Below are positions 8,737 through 18,230 of a DNA stretch of 64,000 nt, piece after piece. Source of the stretch: an uncultured bacterium (lineage in GTDB: Bacteria > Patescibacteriota > Saccharimonadia > UBA4664); NCBI GenBank assembly GCA_963740635.1, contig CAVUEQ010000003.1:33350-97349 (forward strand), written 5' to 3'. Position 1 is the stretch's first letter. Each line of letters opens with the position of its first letter. The notes beneath the pieces are model-generated. The model was given only the letters and a program-made list of their open reading frames with translations. It ran no database searches and was not told where the DNA came from. A program made the position numbers and the translations under genes.

Positions 8737-9924
8737 CTAGCCACGGTCGGGAGAAGACCGGCCGTCGCCCGCGAAGGCGAAAATGAGCAAGGCCGCGGCA
8801 CCCAGGATGGCTCCGAAACCAAACGTGGCCGCCGGGCCGATAAGGGTCCACAGCAGGCCGCCGATGACCGAGGCGAGGAGGATCCCGAGGCCGGTGATGG
8901 TTTGCAGCAGGCCATACACTCCCCCGGCCTGATCTTGGGTGATGTATTGCCCAACGAGGGCCTTGGACACGCCGTCAGTTAAGGCTATATAGAGCCCGTG
9001 AATGGCAAACAGGAGCCAAACGCCGGCGGCCGAGCGGTTAAACGCAAAGCCCGTATACACCAGCACGAAGATGATGAGGCCGGCGATGAAGACGCGCTGC
9101 GGGCCGATTTTGTCGGCCACGATGCCGGCGGGAGTGGACGCCAGCATGTAGACGAGGTTGTAGACAATGTAAGCCAGCACCACCAGGGAAAGGCCGAGGC
9201 CGAGATTTTGCGAGCGCAGGATGAGGAAGCTGTCGGAACTGTTGCCGAGGGAAAACAGGCCGAAGGCCAGCAGGAATACCTTGAGCTCGCGGGGCATGGG
9301 TTTCAGGCTGACGGTGAATTTGGGCGGGGCTTGGGCGCGGGCCGTTTTCGCCGGCCGCTTGATTTCGCGCACGAAGGCCACCAGCATGACGGCCACGAGG
9401 GAGGGAATGACGGCGACGTACAGAATCCGGCGGATGTTGTCGTTAAATAGCTGGAGCAGTAGCAGCGCGATGAGCGGGCCCACGACGGCGCCGGCGCTGT
9501 CCATGGCGCGGTGGAACCCGAATACCAGGCCGCGGTTGGTCTGGCTTGAGGCGTCGAGGAGCAGGGCGTCGCGGGCGCCGGTGCGCAGGCCTTTGCCGAA
9601 TTTGTCGATGACCCGGCCCACAAACACCCCAAACCAGGCGTTCGAGAGGGCGATGACCAGTTTGGAGAGGGCCGAGGCGGAATAGCCACCGAAAACAAAC
9701 GGCTTGCGCCGGCCGAGGCGGTCCGACCACCGGCCGAAAATGGTCTTAAAGACGGCCGCGCTGCCCTCCGCCACGCCCTCGATAAGCCCGATGACCGCCA
9801 CCGGGGCGCCCAGCACCTGGTTCAGGAATATTGGCATCACCGGGTAGAGCATTTCGCTCGCCACATCGTTGAAGAAGCTGACGATGCCGAGGATGTAGAC
9901 CGCGCCGGGGATTTTCTTAAACAC
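8737..9924 (-). CDS. MFS transporter
   Basis: 395 aa with about 12 TM segments. It has the RWSDRLGRRKP loop motif typical of the major facilitator superfamily. Confidence 0.8.
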   Translation of the reverse strand: MFKKIPGAVYILGIVSFFNDVASEMLYPVMPIFLNQVLGAPVAVIGLIEGVAEGSAAVFKTIFGRWSDRLGRRKPFVFGGYSASALSKLVIALSNAWFGVFVGRVIDKFGKGLRTGARDALLLDASSQTNRGLVFGFHRAMDSAGAVVGPLIALLLLQLFNDNIRRILYVAVIPSLVAVMLVAFVREIKRPAKTARAQAPPKFTVSLKPMPRELKVFLLAFGLFSLGNSSDSFLILRSQNLGLGLSLVVLAYIVYNLVYMLASTPAGIVADKIGPQRVFIAGLIIFVLVYTGFAFNRSAAGVWLLFAIHGLYIALTDGVSKALVGQYITQDQAGGVYGLLQTITGLGILLASVIGGLLWTLIGPAATFGFGAILGAAALLIFAFAGDGRSSPDRG

Positions 9925-9945
9925 GATTCAGCTTCGCCTTTCTGA

Positions 9946-10422
9946 TTATTCGAGTGCAGCAACGTCCATGAGATCGACGGGGCGGGCCAGCAGCCTCTTG
10001 TAGCGAATGAGCTCTGGCTCGGGCATCACGGGCACAGCGACCCCGCCGAAATGCTCTGTGACCGCGAGCGGGATGGTGTTTTTTACCAAATGCTTTTGGC
10101 CCTTGGATACTACGTAAAAGCGTTCCGCCTGGCAAATGTCGATGGATACGCCGCCGAGCGAAATGACAATCTGTTGCTCGATGTCCCAATGCTCATTTTT
10201 GTAATGCCGCAGGTCGGCTGTGATGTGATCTGCGAAAACGTCCCTGACTTGTTGGATGGATGCTTTGCCGACTTGGATATCGATGTCCTCGAGCGGGCGC
10301 CTGGCCCCCCATTCGATGGCCGCGAGCCCCCCGATGACGACATACGGAATGTGATGCCCGGCCAGCGTTTTGGAAAGCATGGACAAGGCTTTGATTTCGG
10401 TGGCAGTGAGGATGCGGGCCAT
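9946..10422 (-). CDS. Putative nucleotidyltransferase-fold protein
   Basis: 158 aa. The YVVIGGLAAIEWGARRPLEDIDIQV motif resembles minimal NTase domains. Confidence 0.45.
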   Translation of the reverse strand: MARILTATEIKALSMLSKTLAGHHIPYVVIGGLAAIEWGARRPLEDIDIQVGKASIQQVRDVFADHITADLRHYKNEHWDIEQQIVISLGGVSIDICQAERFYVVSKGQKHLVKNTIPLAVTEHFGGVAVPVMPEPELIRYKRLLARPVDLMDVAALE

Positions 10423-10489
10423 GATGTTAGCATAGCAAACGCAGTTTCTCGGTCGCGGAATTACCTTGCTGTGGTCTGAGGATAATTAC

Positions 10490-10566
10490 TGGAGGGCCAT
10501 CTGGGGCTCGAACCCAGGACACGCTGCTTAAGAGGCAGCTGCTCTAACCAACTGAGCTAATGGCCC
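10490..10566 (-). tRNA. tRNA-Lys (anticodon CTT)
   Basis: The reverse complement folds as a cloverleaf: acceptor GGGCCAT/ATGGCCC, anticodon arm GCTGC-CTCTTAA-GCAGC, T-arm CTGGG-TTCGAGC-CCCAG, and encoded CCA. Confidence 0.9.
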
Positions 10567-10582
10567 GAACTCAAATTTTATA

Positions 10583-11074
10583 TCATACAAGCTTTGTTTT
10601 GACCAGCGAATAGAGCTGCTGCCCGGCGCCGAGCTTGACGGAAATGAAACCGTACCCGCCTGGGCTCACGACGGCTTTCAGGGCGGCAAGCGCTTCGCCG
10701 CAGCGAGCCTTGGGAATGTGCAGGAGAACGGCCGCCATCCAGAACACCTGGAACGTGCCGGGTGAAAAGCGCTCGGCGAGGTCGTAGACGCTCAGGACCT
10801 CGAAGCTGCGCAGCGGGTGGAGCCGGCGAGCCGTCGCAACCATTTCGGCACTCGCATCGATGCCGGCGTACTCGCCATACGAGGCCGCGAGCTGGTCGGC
10901 ATAGTTGCCGTCGCCGGCGCCCACCTCGAGTACCGGGCCACTGGGAGCGAGTTCTCGCAGAATGCGGAGGTCCTCATCCCAGAGGCCGTCGTGGTAGCCG
11001 GCGCTACTCCAGGCATGAGCGAGGGTGCCGTAGGTCTGGAGGGTGGCCTCCTCCTCCGGGGTGTGAGTCGTCAT
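10583..11074 (-). CDS. Class I SAM-dependent methyltransferase
   Basis: 163 aa. It has the VLEVGAGDGNYA motif I and IDASAEMV motif II. Confidence 0.75.
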   Translation of the reverse strand: MTTHTPEEEATLQTYGTLAHAWSSAGYHDGLWDEDLRILRELAPSGPVLEVGAGDGNYADQLAASYGEYAGIDASAEMVATARRLHPLRSFEVLSVYDLAERFSPGTFQVFWMAAVLLHIPKARCGEALAALKAVVSPGGYGFISVKLGAGQQLYSLVKTKLV

Positions 11075-11167
11075 GTGAAAGTCCTCTCAAGCAGGCTGAT
11101 TCGGATTGCGCGAGTATTTTATAACACAAAACGCCTGCTCTTACAAGTGGAGGCGTTTGATAATTGC

Positions 11168-11243
11168 TGGTGCGCCCGGAGAGACTCGAACTCCCGACAC
11201 CTGCGTCCGAAGCGCAGTGCTCTATCCGCTGAGCTACGGGCGC
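11168..11243 (-). tRNA. tRNA-Arg (anticodon TCG)
   Basis: Reverse complement: acceptor GCGCCCG/CGGGCGC, anticodon arm CTGCG-CTTCGGA-CGCAG, T-arm GGGAG-TTCGAGT-CTCTC, and CCA. Confidence 0.9.
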
Positions 11244-11298
11244 CCGTGGTGCGGCGTAACTAACCTTTTATAGCAGAAAATGCCGCCGCTGGCTAGGG

Positions 11299-11688
11299 TT
11301 ATTGATCGTGAACGACGCCGGCCTTGAAGAACAGGAACGGCGTCATGGTTGCGGGATCGGGGACAATCCAGGCCCGGCCGCGGATGCTTCTGGTTGCGCC
11401 GGTTTTGGTGACGACGCGCAGACCGATTTCGACCGACTGGCCGGTGAGAAGCGCGTCGGAGCCGGCTAGGCCGGCATGGGATTGGTCCAGCGGGTCGATG
11501 AAATCGCCCCAGTGGTGGCCGGGCATTTCCGCCTGCGTGTAGCCCAGGATCGCCAAGTGCGACGGCGAGGCCCATACACAACGCTCTTCGTTGGTGGAGT
11601 AGACCGCGACAATCGAGTCCGGGTTCTCCTGGGAGAGTCGGCGGGCACGCTCGATAATATCGCGACCGGGCTTCATAATAATACTCAC
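11299..11688 (-). CDS. PAS-domain protein
   Basis: 129 aa, with the start ambiguous between GTG 11688 and ATG 11676. The VWASPSHLAILGYTQAEMPGHHWGDFIDP motif is PAS-like. It sits between the two tRNA-Arg genes. Confidence 0.55.
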   Translation of the reverse strand: MSIIMKPGRDIIERARRLSQENPDSIVAVYSTNEERCVWASPSHLAILGYTQAEMPGHHWGDFIDPLDQSHAGLAGSDALLTGQSVEIGLRVVTKTGATRSIRGRAWIVPDPATMTPFLFFKAGVVHDQ

Positions 11689-11698
11689 AAATTATATC

Positions 11699-11774
11699 TG
11701 GTGCGCCCGGAGGGATTTGAACCCCCGACACCCAGTACCGGAAACTGGTGCTCTATCCCCTGAGCTACGGGCGC
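11699..11774 (-). tRNA. tRNA-Arg (anticodon CCG)
   Basis: Reverse complement: acceptor GCGCCCG/CGGGCGC, anticodon arm CCAGT-TTCCGGT-ACTGG, T-loop TTCAAAT, and CCA. Confidence 0.9.
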
Positions 11775-11861
11775 GTAGGCGGGGTAACGAAATAAGATTA
11801 GTACGGCAGGCGGTTTTTCTCAAGCTTGGACGCTCGCCGCTTTCTCGGCTATGCTGGGTGT

Positions 11862-12263
11862 ATGAGTACGCAATCGCCCGCCACCGAGGCCACCAAGAAC
11901 ACCATCGAGAACACGGTGAATTGGTTCTTGTCGGATAAACTCGAGGACCCGTCCACCACTATCGCGACCAAGAAATTCCTGACCAACCAAAACCTGCTGG
12001 TGCACATTACCCACTGTAATGTGGCCGAAGTGACGGTGCCGCGGATAAAGGTGCAGGTGTTTGAGCGGGTGGACGGCGGCGTGAAGGAGACAGGGTACCA
12101 GATATTTGCCGACCACCGGATGACCAAGTTTGTGAACGCCATGATTTTTGGCAAGAGGCCCGGCAGCCCGGCCGACAAGGCGGAAGAGGCGGTCACGGAA
12201 GATGAGGCCACCGGCCTGGTGACGTTGATTAATTCGCTGCAGCAGGCGCGCCAAACGCTGTGA
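11862..12263 (+). CDS. Hypothetical protein
   Basis: Start set at ATG 11862 (MSTQSPATEATK...). The stop overlaps the murB start. Confidence 0.55.
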   Translation: MSTQSPATEATKNTIENTVNWFLSDKLEDPSTTIATKKFLTNQNLLVHITHCNVAEVTVPRIKVQVFERVDGGVKETGYQIFADHRMTKFVNAMIFGKRPGSPADKAEEAVTEDEATGLVTLINSLQQARQTL

Positions 12264-13294
12264 CCGCGAAGCCAAAGCACCTGCGCGAGGGGGTGGAACT
12301 GGCGCACTACACTACCATGCGGGTGGGTGGTGAGTGCGATTATTTTGTGACGGTGAGCGATGTGGCGGGCGTAAAAGCGGCCTGCGATTGGGCGGCGGAA
12401 TCGTCCTTAAGCGTGCTGGTGATCGGCGAGGGCTCCAACATGATAGTGAGCGACCAGCCGCTGCACCGGGTGGTGATCAAGATGGAAATCATGGGGTTTG
12501 AATTGGCAGCCGAAGACGCCGACTCGGTGAGGCTGGAAGTGGGGGCGGGCGAGCATTGGGACGACGTGGTGGACCGGGCGGTGAAAATGGGCTTCAGCGG
12601 GATTGAGGCCATGTCGATGATACCGGGCACGGCCGGCGCCGCGCCGGTGCAAAACGCCGGCGCCTACGGCCAGGAGATCGCGGACACGCTCATGAGTGTG
12701 GACGCCTACGACCTGCGGGAGCGCGAAATGGTGACGCTGGGGCGGGATGACTGTGGCTTCGGCTACCGCGACAGTGCGTTTAAACGCGAGCTGGCCGGGC
12801 GGTATGTGATTGTGGGGATTACGCTTAAGCTCAGCAAGCACCGGCCGGCGCCGCCGACGTACGCCTCGCTCAAACGGTATTTGGAGGCACGCGAACTGGA
12901 GCACCCGACGCTAATGGAAATCCGGCACGCGGTGATGAACGTGCGGGCGAAGATATTGCCGGATCCGAGCGTGGTGCCCAATGCCGGCTCGTTTTTCAAG
13001 AACCCGATCGTGGAACCGCGGGTGCTCGAGCGGCTGCGGATGCGCTATCCGGAAATGCCTGCCTACGAATACGGCGACGGGTACAAGCTGGCGGCCGGGT
13101 GGCTGCTGGATCGCTGCGGCCTCAAGGGCGCCGAGCTGTTTGGGCTGAAATTGTGGGCCGAGCACGCGCTCGTGATCACCAACCCGAACCACGCGGGCTA
13201 TGCGGATTTGGTGAAACTGGTGGAGCACATTGTGGCCACCGTGGACGACCGGTTTGGGGTGAAGCTCGAGCCCGAGCCGCTGTTTATTTCGTAA
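12260..13294 (+). CDS. murB: UDP-N-acetylenolpyruvoylglucosamine reductase
   Basis: 344 aa. The YTTMRVGGECDYFV...VLVIGEGSNMIVSD FAD-binding motifs and overall layout match MurB. Confidence 0.9.
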   Translation: MTAKPKHLREGVELAHYTTMRVGGECDYFVTVSDVAGVKAACDWAAESSLSVLVIGEGSNMIVSDQPLHRVVIKMEIMGFELAAEDADSVRLEVGAGEHWDDVVDRAVKMGFSGIEAMSMIPGTAGAAPVQNAGAYGQEIADTLMSVDAYDLREREMVTLGRDDCGFGYRDSAFKRELAGRYVIVGITLKLSKHRPAPPTYASLKRYLEARELEHPTLMEIRHAVMNVRAKILPDPSVVPNAGSFFKNPIVEPRVLERLRMRYPEMPAYEYGDGYKLAAGWLLDRCGLKGAELFGLKLWAEHALVITNPNHAGYADLVKLVEHIVATVDDRFGVKLEPEPLFIS

Positions 13295-13356
13295 AATCTA
13301 CTTTTAAGGGAAACACCCGGCGTTTAAATCTTTCTCGTGGCTAAGCGATATTACGA

Positions 13357-13398
13357 AATTACTCCCCTTTTGGTATGCATACCTTTTGGGGAGTAATT
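13357..13398. repeat. 42-nt near-perfect palindrome in an AT-rich convergent intergenic region
   Basis: AATTACTCCCC-TTTT-GGTATGCATACC-TTTT-GGGGAGTAATT, lying between the murB stop (13294) and the trxB stop (13512). Confidence 0.85.
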
Positions 13399-13409
13399 CT
13401 TATTACAGA

Positions 13410-13452
13410 AGTACTCCCTATTTAGGTATTACTAAAAAAGGGAATACTTTTG
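13410..13452 (+). terminator. Hairpin plus T-run (candidate murB-side terminator)
   Basis: AGTACTCCCT, a 19-nt loop, then AGGGAATACT (one mismatch), followed by TTTT. Confidence 0.4.
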
Positions 13453-13511
13453 AGAAAATGGCGTACCAGACCGCAGTGGGCGACCGGAACAGCGGGTAGC
13501 CCGATACATGC

Positions 13512-14537
13512 CTAAGCGGAGATTTTGGCCTTAGAGGAGGGCTTTTTCGAACCCTTGGCCGCCGGCTTGGCCGCAATGCCGGGTTGGTGCGGGGCCTCGC
13601 CGTGGAGGTCTTCGAGGTAATGCTGGGCCTCGAGCGCGGCCATGCAGCCGGTGCCGGCCGAGGTAACGGCCTGGCGGTAACGCGAGTCGGTGAGGTCGCC
13701 GGCGGCGAACACACCGGGGACGCTGGTGCCGACGAAGCCGGTGGTCTTCACGTAGCCGTCGGGGCGGAGCTCGAGAGCACCGTCGAAGAGCTCAGAGTTG
13801 GGTTTGTGGCCGATGGCGATGAAGAGCCCGGCAATATCGCGGCGGGACTCGGCGCCCGTGACGGTGTCGCGCAACTTGAGGCCGGTGAGTTTCTTGTCAC
13901 CTTCCAGCCCTGTGACGACGGTGTTCCATTGGAATTTGATCTTGGGATTGGCCTGGGCACGGGCGACCATGACCTTGCTGGCGCGGAGCGCATCGCGCCG
14001 GTGGATAACTGTGACGCTATTGGCAAACTTGGTGAGGAATAATGCCTCTTCCATAGCGGTGTCTCCCCCGCCGACCACAGCGATGTCCAGGCCGCGGAAG
14101 AAAAAGCCGTCGCAGGTAGCGCAAGCCGAAACGCCATGCCCCATGAGGCGCCATTCGTCTTCGAGGCCGAGCATGAGGGGCTGTGCGCCCGTAGAGGCAA
14201 TGACGGCGTCGGCCGTGTAGAGCTCCTGTCCCACCCACACCTTGTGCGGGCGGGCAGAGAAGTCCACTTTAGTGACGCGCTTGGTGAGGATTTCGGTGCC
14301 GAAACTGGCGGCCTGCTCACGCATTTTCATCATGAGCTCCGGACCTTGTACCCCGAGCACGCCCGGGAAGTTTTCGATCTCGGTGGTGTTCATGAGCTGG
14401 CCGCCGGGCAGATCGGCTTGGCTGATGGGCTCACCCTCAAATAGCAAAGGCGCCAGGTTCGCGCGCGAGGCGTAGATGGCAGCCGTGAAACCGGCCGGAC
14501 CCGAGCCGATAATTATTAATTGGCGGTGGTTAGACAT
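13512..14537 (-). CDS. trxB: Thioredoxin-disulfide reductase with a Lys-rich C-terminal tail
   Basis: 341 aa. It has IIIGSGPAGFTAAIYASR and the CATCDGFFF redox-active motif. Confidence 0.9.
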   Translation of the reverse strand: MSNHRQLIIIGSGPAGFTAAIYASRANLAPLLFEGEPISQADLPGGQLMNTTEIENFPGVLGVQGPELMMKMREQAASFGTEILTKRVTKVDFSARPHKVWVGQELYTADAVIASTGAQPLMLGLEDEWRLMGHGVSACATCDGFFFRGLDIAVVGGGDTAMEEALFLTKFANSVTVIHRRDALRASKVMVARAQANPKIKFQWNTVVTGLEGDKKLTGLKLRDTVTGAESRRDIAGLFIAIGHKPNSELFDGALELRPDGYVKTTGFVGTSVPGVFAAGDLTDSRYRQAVTSAGTGCMAALEAQHYLEDLHGEAPHQPGIAAKPAAKGSKKPSSKAKISA

Positions 14538-14554
14538 TCATCCCCTTTCGTGGC

Positions 14555-14875
14555 CTAGGCGAGCACGGCCTTCATGGTGGCAGCGAGCTTGTCCTTGCCG
14601 GTGAGGCCGATGATGCGCTGGACAGGTTTACCGTCCTTGAAGATCAGCATATTCGGAATGCTCATGACGTCGAAACTCTGGGCGAGCTCGGGGTTTTCGT
14701 CGACGTTGAGTTTGGCGATATCGAATTTGCCCTCAAATTCGGTGGCGAGCTCCTTGAGGGCCGGCTCCATCGCGATACACGGGCCGCACCACGGCGCCCA
14801 CATGTCCACGAGTACCGGCTTGTCGGATTTTACGACTTCGTTTACAAAATTGGTCTGTGAAACAGTCTTTAGCAC
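14555..14875 (-). CDS. trxA: Thioredoxin
   Basis: 106 aa with the WAPWCGPC active site. Confidence 0.92.
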   Translation of the reverse strand: MLKTVSQTNFVNEVVKSDKPVLVDMWAPWCGPCIAMEPALKELATEFEGKFDIAKLNVDENPELAQSFDVMSIPNMLIFKDGKPVQRIIGLTGKDKLAATMKAVLA

Positions 14876-14911
14876 GTATTTTTTCTCCTGCTAACATTTT
14901 AGACTTTTTTA

Positions 14912-14966
14912 TTGACGAACACAACATATAGCGTACATAATGCTAACGTAACACAACTCGTTGTGG
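14912..14966 (+). promoter_or_regulatory. nrdR-nrdJ promoter with two tandem NrdR boxes
   Basis: TTGACG (14912-14917), 18 nt, then CATAAT (14936-14941). Box A is ACACAACATATAGCGT (14919-14934) and box B is ACACAACTCGTTGTGG (14951-14966), 32 bp centre to centre. Both resemble the acaCwAtATaTwgtgt consensus. Confidence 0.6.
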
Positions 14967-15008
14967 TGCAGCAACTACAATATTAATGTGCAGTCAGGAG
15001 ATAAGCCA

Positions 15009-15467
15009 GTGGTTTGCCCCATGTGCGCCCACGGTGACACCAAGGTCGTAGACAAGCGCGAAGCCGACGCCGAAAGCACCCGGCGGCGTCGTGAGTGCTT
15101 GGGCTGCCACCAGCGCTTTACGACCTACGAGCGCGTGGAGCAGGCCGAACTAATGGTGGCCAAGCACGACGGGCGGCGCGAACCGTTCAGCCGCGCCAAG
15201 CTTCGGACCGGCATTACGCTGGCCGCGGCGAAGCGGCCGATCGCGAGCGAACAAATCGACCGGCTGGTGGCCGACGTGGAGGCTGAGCTTCGCCAAGCGA
15301 AAACGCGGGAGGTCCCGGCCGAACTCGTCGGCGAGCTGGTGATGGCGCGCCTCAAAGCGCTCGACCATGTCGCGTACATCCGCTTTGCCAGCGTGTACCG
15401 CGACTTCACCGACGCCAAGTCGTTCTCCAGTGAAGTCAAAGAGCTGCTGCACCACGGCAACAAATAA
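15009..15467 (+). CDS. nrdR: Transcriptional repressor NrdR
   Basis: Start set at GTG 15009 with AGGAG 9 nt upstream. It has the VCPMC...CLGC zinc ribbon followed by an ATP-cone. Confidence 0.9.
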   Translation: MVCPMCAHGDTKVVDKREADAESTRRRRECLGCHQRFTTYERVEQAELMVAKHDGRREPFSRAKLRTGITLAAAKRPIASEQIDRLVADVEAELRQAKTREVPAELVGELVMARLKALDHVAYIRFASVYRDFTDAKSFSSEVKELLHHGNK

Positions 15468-15483
15468 ATAAGGACAGGGGAAA

Positions 15484-18189
15484 ATGAGTACTCCGCAGGC
15501 CATTCTAGACAACAACATTGAAGCCGAAACGCGCGAAGACCGGGAGCGTCTGGAAGAGCTCTACGTTCTCGGCAAGGAAATTCCGCCGGTGCCCGACGAT
15601 CTGCCGGACCCGAATTACTCGGAAAACGCCTGGTACATCGGCCGCACGCGCTACGCCTTCCGCGACAAGGACGGCACACCAATAGAATCCCCGCGCCAGA
15701 TGCTGTGGCGGATCTGTTACAACATTGCCACCGCCGAGCGGATGTACAGCGAGAACCCGCGCGCGCAGCACGTGGAGATCGCCCGCACGTTTTACGGCAT
15801 GATGGCACGGCAAGAGTACGTGGCCAACACCCCCACCATGCTCAACGCCGGCAAGCCCAACGAGCAGCTGAGCGCCTGTTTCGTGCTGCCCGTGCCCGAC
15901 GAGTTGGACGGCATCCTGGCCACGGCGACAGATATGGCCAAGATCCACAAGAGCGGCGGCGGCACCGGGTTTTCGTTCTCGCGGCTGCGGCCCAAGGGCG
16001 ACGTGATTGCCAGCTCCGGCGGCACCACGACCGGCCCGGTGGCGTTCATGCAGACTTACAACGACATTACGAGTAGCATTCGCCAGGGCGGCGTGCGGCG
16101 CGGGGCCAACATGGGCATCCTGCACTACAACCACCCCGACATTTTGCTGTTTGCCATCTACAAGGTGGACGAATTTTCGCTGACGAACTTCAACATTTCG
16201 GTGACGGTGGACGAGGCGTTTTATCAGGCTGTGAAGCGCGACGCCGAAGCATTGGCCGGCGATTACGAACAAGAATTTGACTTTGACGGCCTGATGGAAG
16301 AAGTGCGCGAGGCCCACCAAACCCGCGACCTCGACCTCAAGCTGGTGCGCCTGGACGCGGTGGTGAAGAAGCTGCACGAGTGGGCCGACGAGGCTGACCC
16401 CGAGCACGGCTACCCGCTGGTGAACCCCCACACCAAGCGCGAAGTGGGCCGGCTGAACGCCAAAAAAATGTACGACCTGATCACCCGCCTGGCCTACCAG
16501 TACGGCGACCCGGGGATGATCATGATTGACCGCATCAACAACAGTAGGGCCAACCCGACTCCGCAGCTGGGCCTGATCGAGGCCACCAACCCCTGCGGCG
16601 AGCAGCCCCTGCTCCCCTACGACGCCTGTACTTTGGGCCAGATCAACCTCGCCAAATTCGTGAACGCCGAGGGCAACGACTTCGACTGGGAGCGCCTGCG
16701 CGGCGTGGTCCACAACGGCACCCGCTTCCTGGACGACGTGCTGGACATGAATGAGTACCCGATCGAGGAGGTGCGCATCACAACGCGGGCGATCCGGCGC
16801 ATCGGCCTGGGCATCATGGGTTTTGCCGACGCGCTGCTGCAGATGGGCGTGGGCTACAACACCCCCGAGGGCATTGCCGCGGCCGAGCGGGTGATGAAAT
16901 TCGTGCAGTCGGAATCGGACAACGCCAGTGTGGACCTGGCCCGCGAGCGCGGCACATTCCCGGCGTTTAAGGGCAGCATTTACGACAAGCCCGGCGAAAT
17001 CCGCCCGCGCAACGGCGCCCGCACGACCATCGCGCCCACCGGCACCACGGCCATGTTGGCCGATTGCTCCAGCGGTTGCGAGCCGCTGTTTGCCCTCACC
17101 TACTCCAAGAACACCATCGAGGGCAAGCGCATGTTCCAGAGCAGCCCATACTTTGTACGGGCGTTGGAAGAGGCCGGCATTTACAGCGAAGATTTGCTCG
17201 AGAAAATCCAGGCCAACGGCGGCAGCATTCAGAACATGGACGAGATTCCGGCCGGCATTAAGCGGACGTTTGTGGTGGCCGGCGACATTACGCCGGAGTG
17301 GCATCTCAAAATTCAGGCCGCCTTCCAGAAATTCACCGACAACGCCATTTCCAAGACCATCAACTTCAACAACGAAGCCACCGTGCAGGACGTGCGCGAC
17401 GCCTACTGGCTGGCCTACGAGTCGGGGTGCAAGGGCATCACGATCTACCGCGACGGCAGCCGCCAAAAGCAGATTCTGGAAGTAAAGAAAGAGGGTTCGT
17501 ATTACGACCAGTTGGCGGGCAAGAAGCTAGCGGAAGCCGACGCCGCGCTCGTGGGGGTGCCGGTGGAGATGAAGCCGCGGCCCGAAGTGCTGAGCGGCCA
17601 AACCTACAAGGTGGCCACGCCGATCGGTACCGCGTTCATCTCGATCAACGAGGACGAGGCGGGCGACATCTTCGAGGTGTTTGTGAACCTTGGCCGGGCC
17701 GGGTCCGACATTATGGCCGACGCCGAAGCGATGGGGCGGCTGATTTCGCTGGCCTTCAGAATCCCGAGCGTGTACTCGAGCGACCGCATCGCCCAAAACG
17801 TGGTGGAGCAGCTGAGCGGCATCGGCGGCTCGGGGGCAGCCGGCTTCGGCCCGGCGCGCGTGCGCAGTCTGGCCGACGCCGTCGCCAAGGTGCTGCGCGA
17901 CCACGAGGCGGCCAGGGGCGGGCGGCAGGGCGCGGTGGCGGCGGTGGCGGCCGGCGCGGTGGCGGCCGGCCAGGTCGCGGCGGTGGCCCAGGTGGCCGAC
18001 TCGTCCGAAGTCGCAGACGCGCCCATGACGCCGGCCGCGGTCGCCGCACCGGCCAGCACGGCCGTGGCTTCCAGCGTGGGAACCGGGGCCAAAGTCCAGA
18101 CCGACCTCTGCCCCGAGTGCGGCAACGCCTCCCTGCGGTTCATCGAAGGCTGCCAGAAGTGCGAGATCTGCGGCTTCAGCAAGTGCTAA
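15484..18189 (+). CDS. nrdJ: Adenosylcobalamin-dependent (class II) ribonucleotide reductase
   Basis: 901 aa. It has the NPCGEQPL active-site motif, TIAPTGT, and a C-terminal CPECG...CQKCEICG zinc finger. An Ala/Val-rich low-complexity stretch precedes the zinc finger. Confidence 0.9.
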   Translation: MSTPQAILDNNIEAETREDRERLEELYVLGKEIPPVPDDLPDPNYSENAWYIGRTRYAFRDKDGTPIESPRQMLWRICYNIATAERMYSENPRAQHVEIARTFYGMMARQEYVANTPTMLNAGKPNEQLSACFVLPVPDELDGILATATDMAKIHKSGGGTGFSFSRLRPKGDVIASSGGTTTGPVAFMQTYNDITSSIRQGGVRRGANMGILHYNHPDILLFAIYKVDEFSLTNFNISVTVDEAFYQAVKRDAEALAGDYEQEFDFDGLMEEVREAHQTRDLDLKLVRLDAVVKKLHEWADEADPEHGYPLVNPHTKREVGRLNAKKMYDLITRLAYQYGDPGMIMIDRINNSRANPTPQLGLIEATNPCGEQPLLPYDACTLGQINLAKFVNAEGNDFDWERLRGVVHNGTRFLDDVLDMNEYPIEEVRITTRAIRRIGLGIMGFADALLQMGVGYNTPEGIAAAERVMKFVQSESDNASVDLARERGTFPAFKGSIYDKPGEIRPRNGARTTIAPTGTTAMLADCSSGCEPLFALTYSKNTIEGKRMFQSSPYFVRALEEAGIYSEDLLEKIQANGGSIQNMDEIPAGIKRTFVVAGDITPEWHLKIQAAFQKFTDNAISKTINFNNEATVQDVRDAYWLAYESGCKGITIYRDGSRQKQILEVKKEGSYYDQLAGKKLAEADAALVGVPVEMKPRPEVLSGQTYKVATPIGTAFISINEDEAGDIFEVFVNLGRAGSDIMADAEAMGRLISLAFRIPSVYSSDRIAQNVVEQLSGIGGSGAAGFGPARVRSLADAVAKVLRDHEAARGGRQGAVAAVAAGAVAAGQVAAVAQVADSSEVADAPMTPAAVAAPASTAVASSVGTGAKVQTDLCPECGNASLRFIEGCQKCEICGFSKC

Positions 18190-18196
18190 GCCGCTC

Positions 18197-18212
18197 GTCT
18201 CGCTGACGAGAC
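18197..18212 (+). terminator. Small hairpin directly after the nrdJ stop
   Basis: GTCTCG-CTGA-CGAGAC, 8 nt after TAA (18187-18189). The T-run is weak (GGTTTT at 18218-18223). Confidence 0.35.
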
Positions 18213-18230
18213 CGTAAGGTTTTAGCTGCG

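Noticed and set aside
14971-14991. A possible third NrdR box (GCAACTACAATATTAATGTGC).
   Set aside because: It has only partial dyad symmetry and its spacing from box B is off-phase (about 23 bp). It also overlaps the RBS region, so I kept it only as a weak possibility.
17890-18070. A possible intein or mobile insertion in nrdJ.
   Set aside because: The extra sequence is Ala/Val-rich low-complexity and lacks intein splicing motifs. The protein length is otherwise normal for class II RNR.
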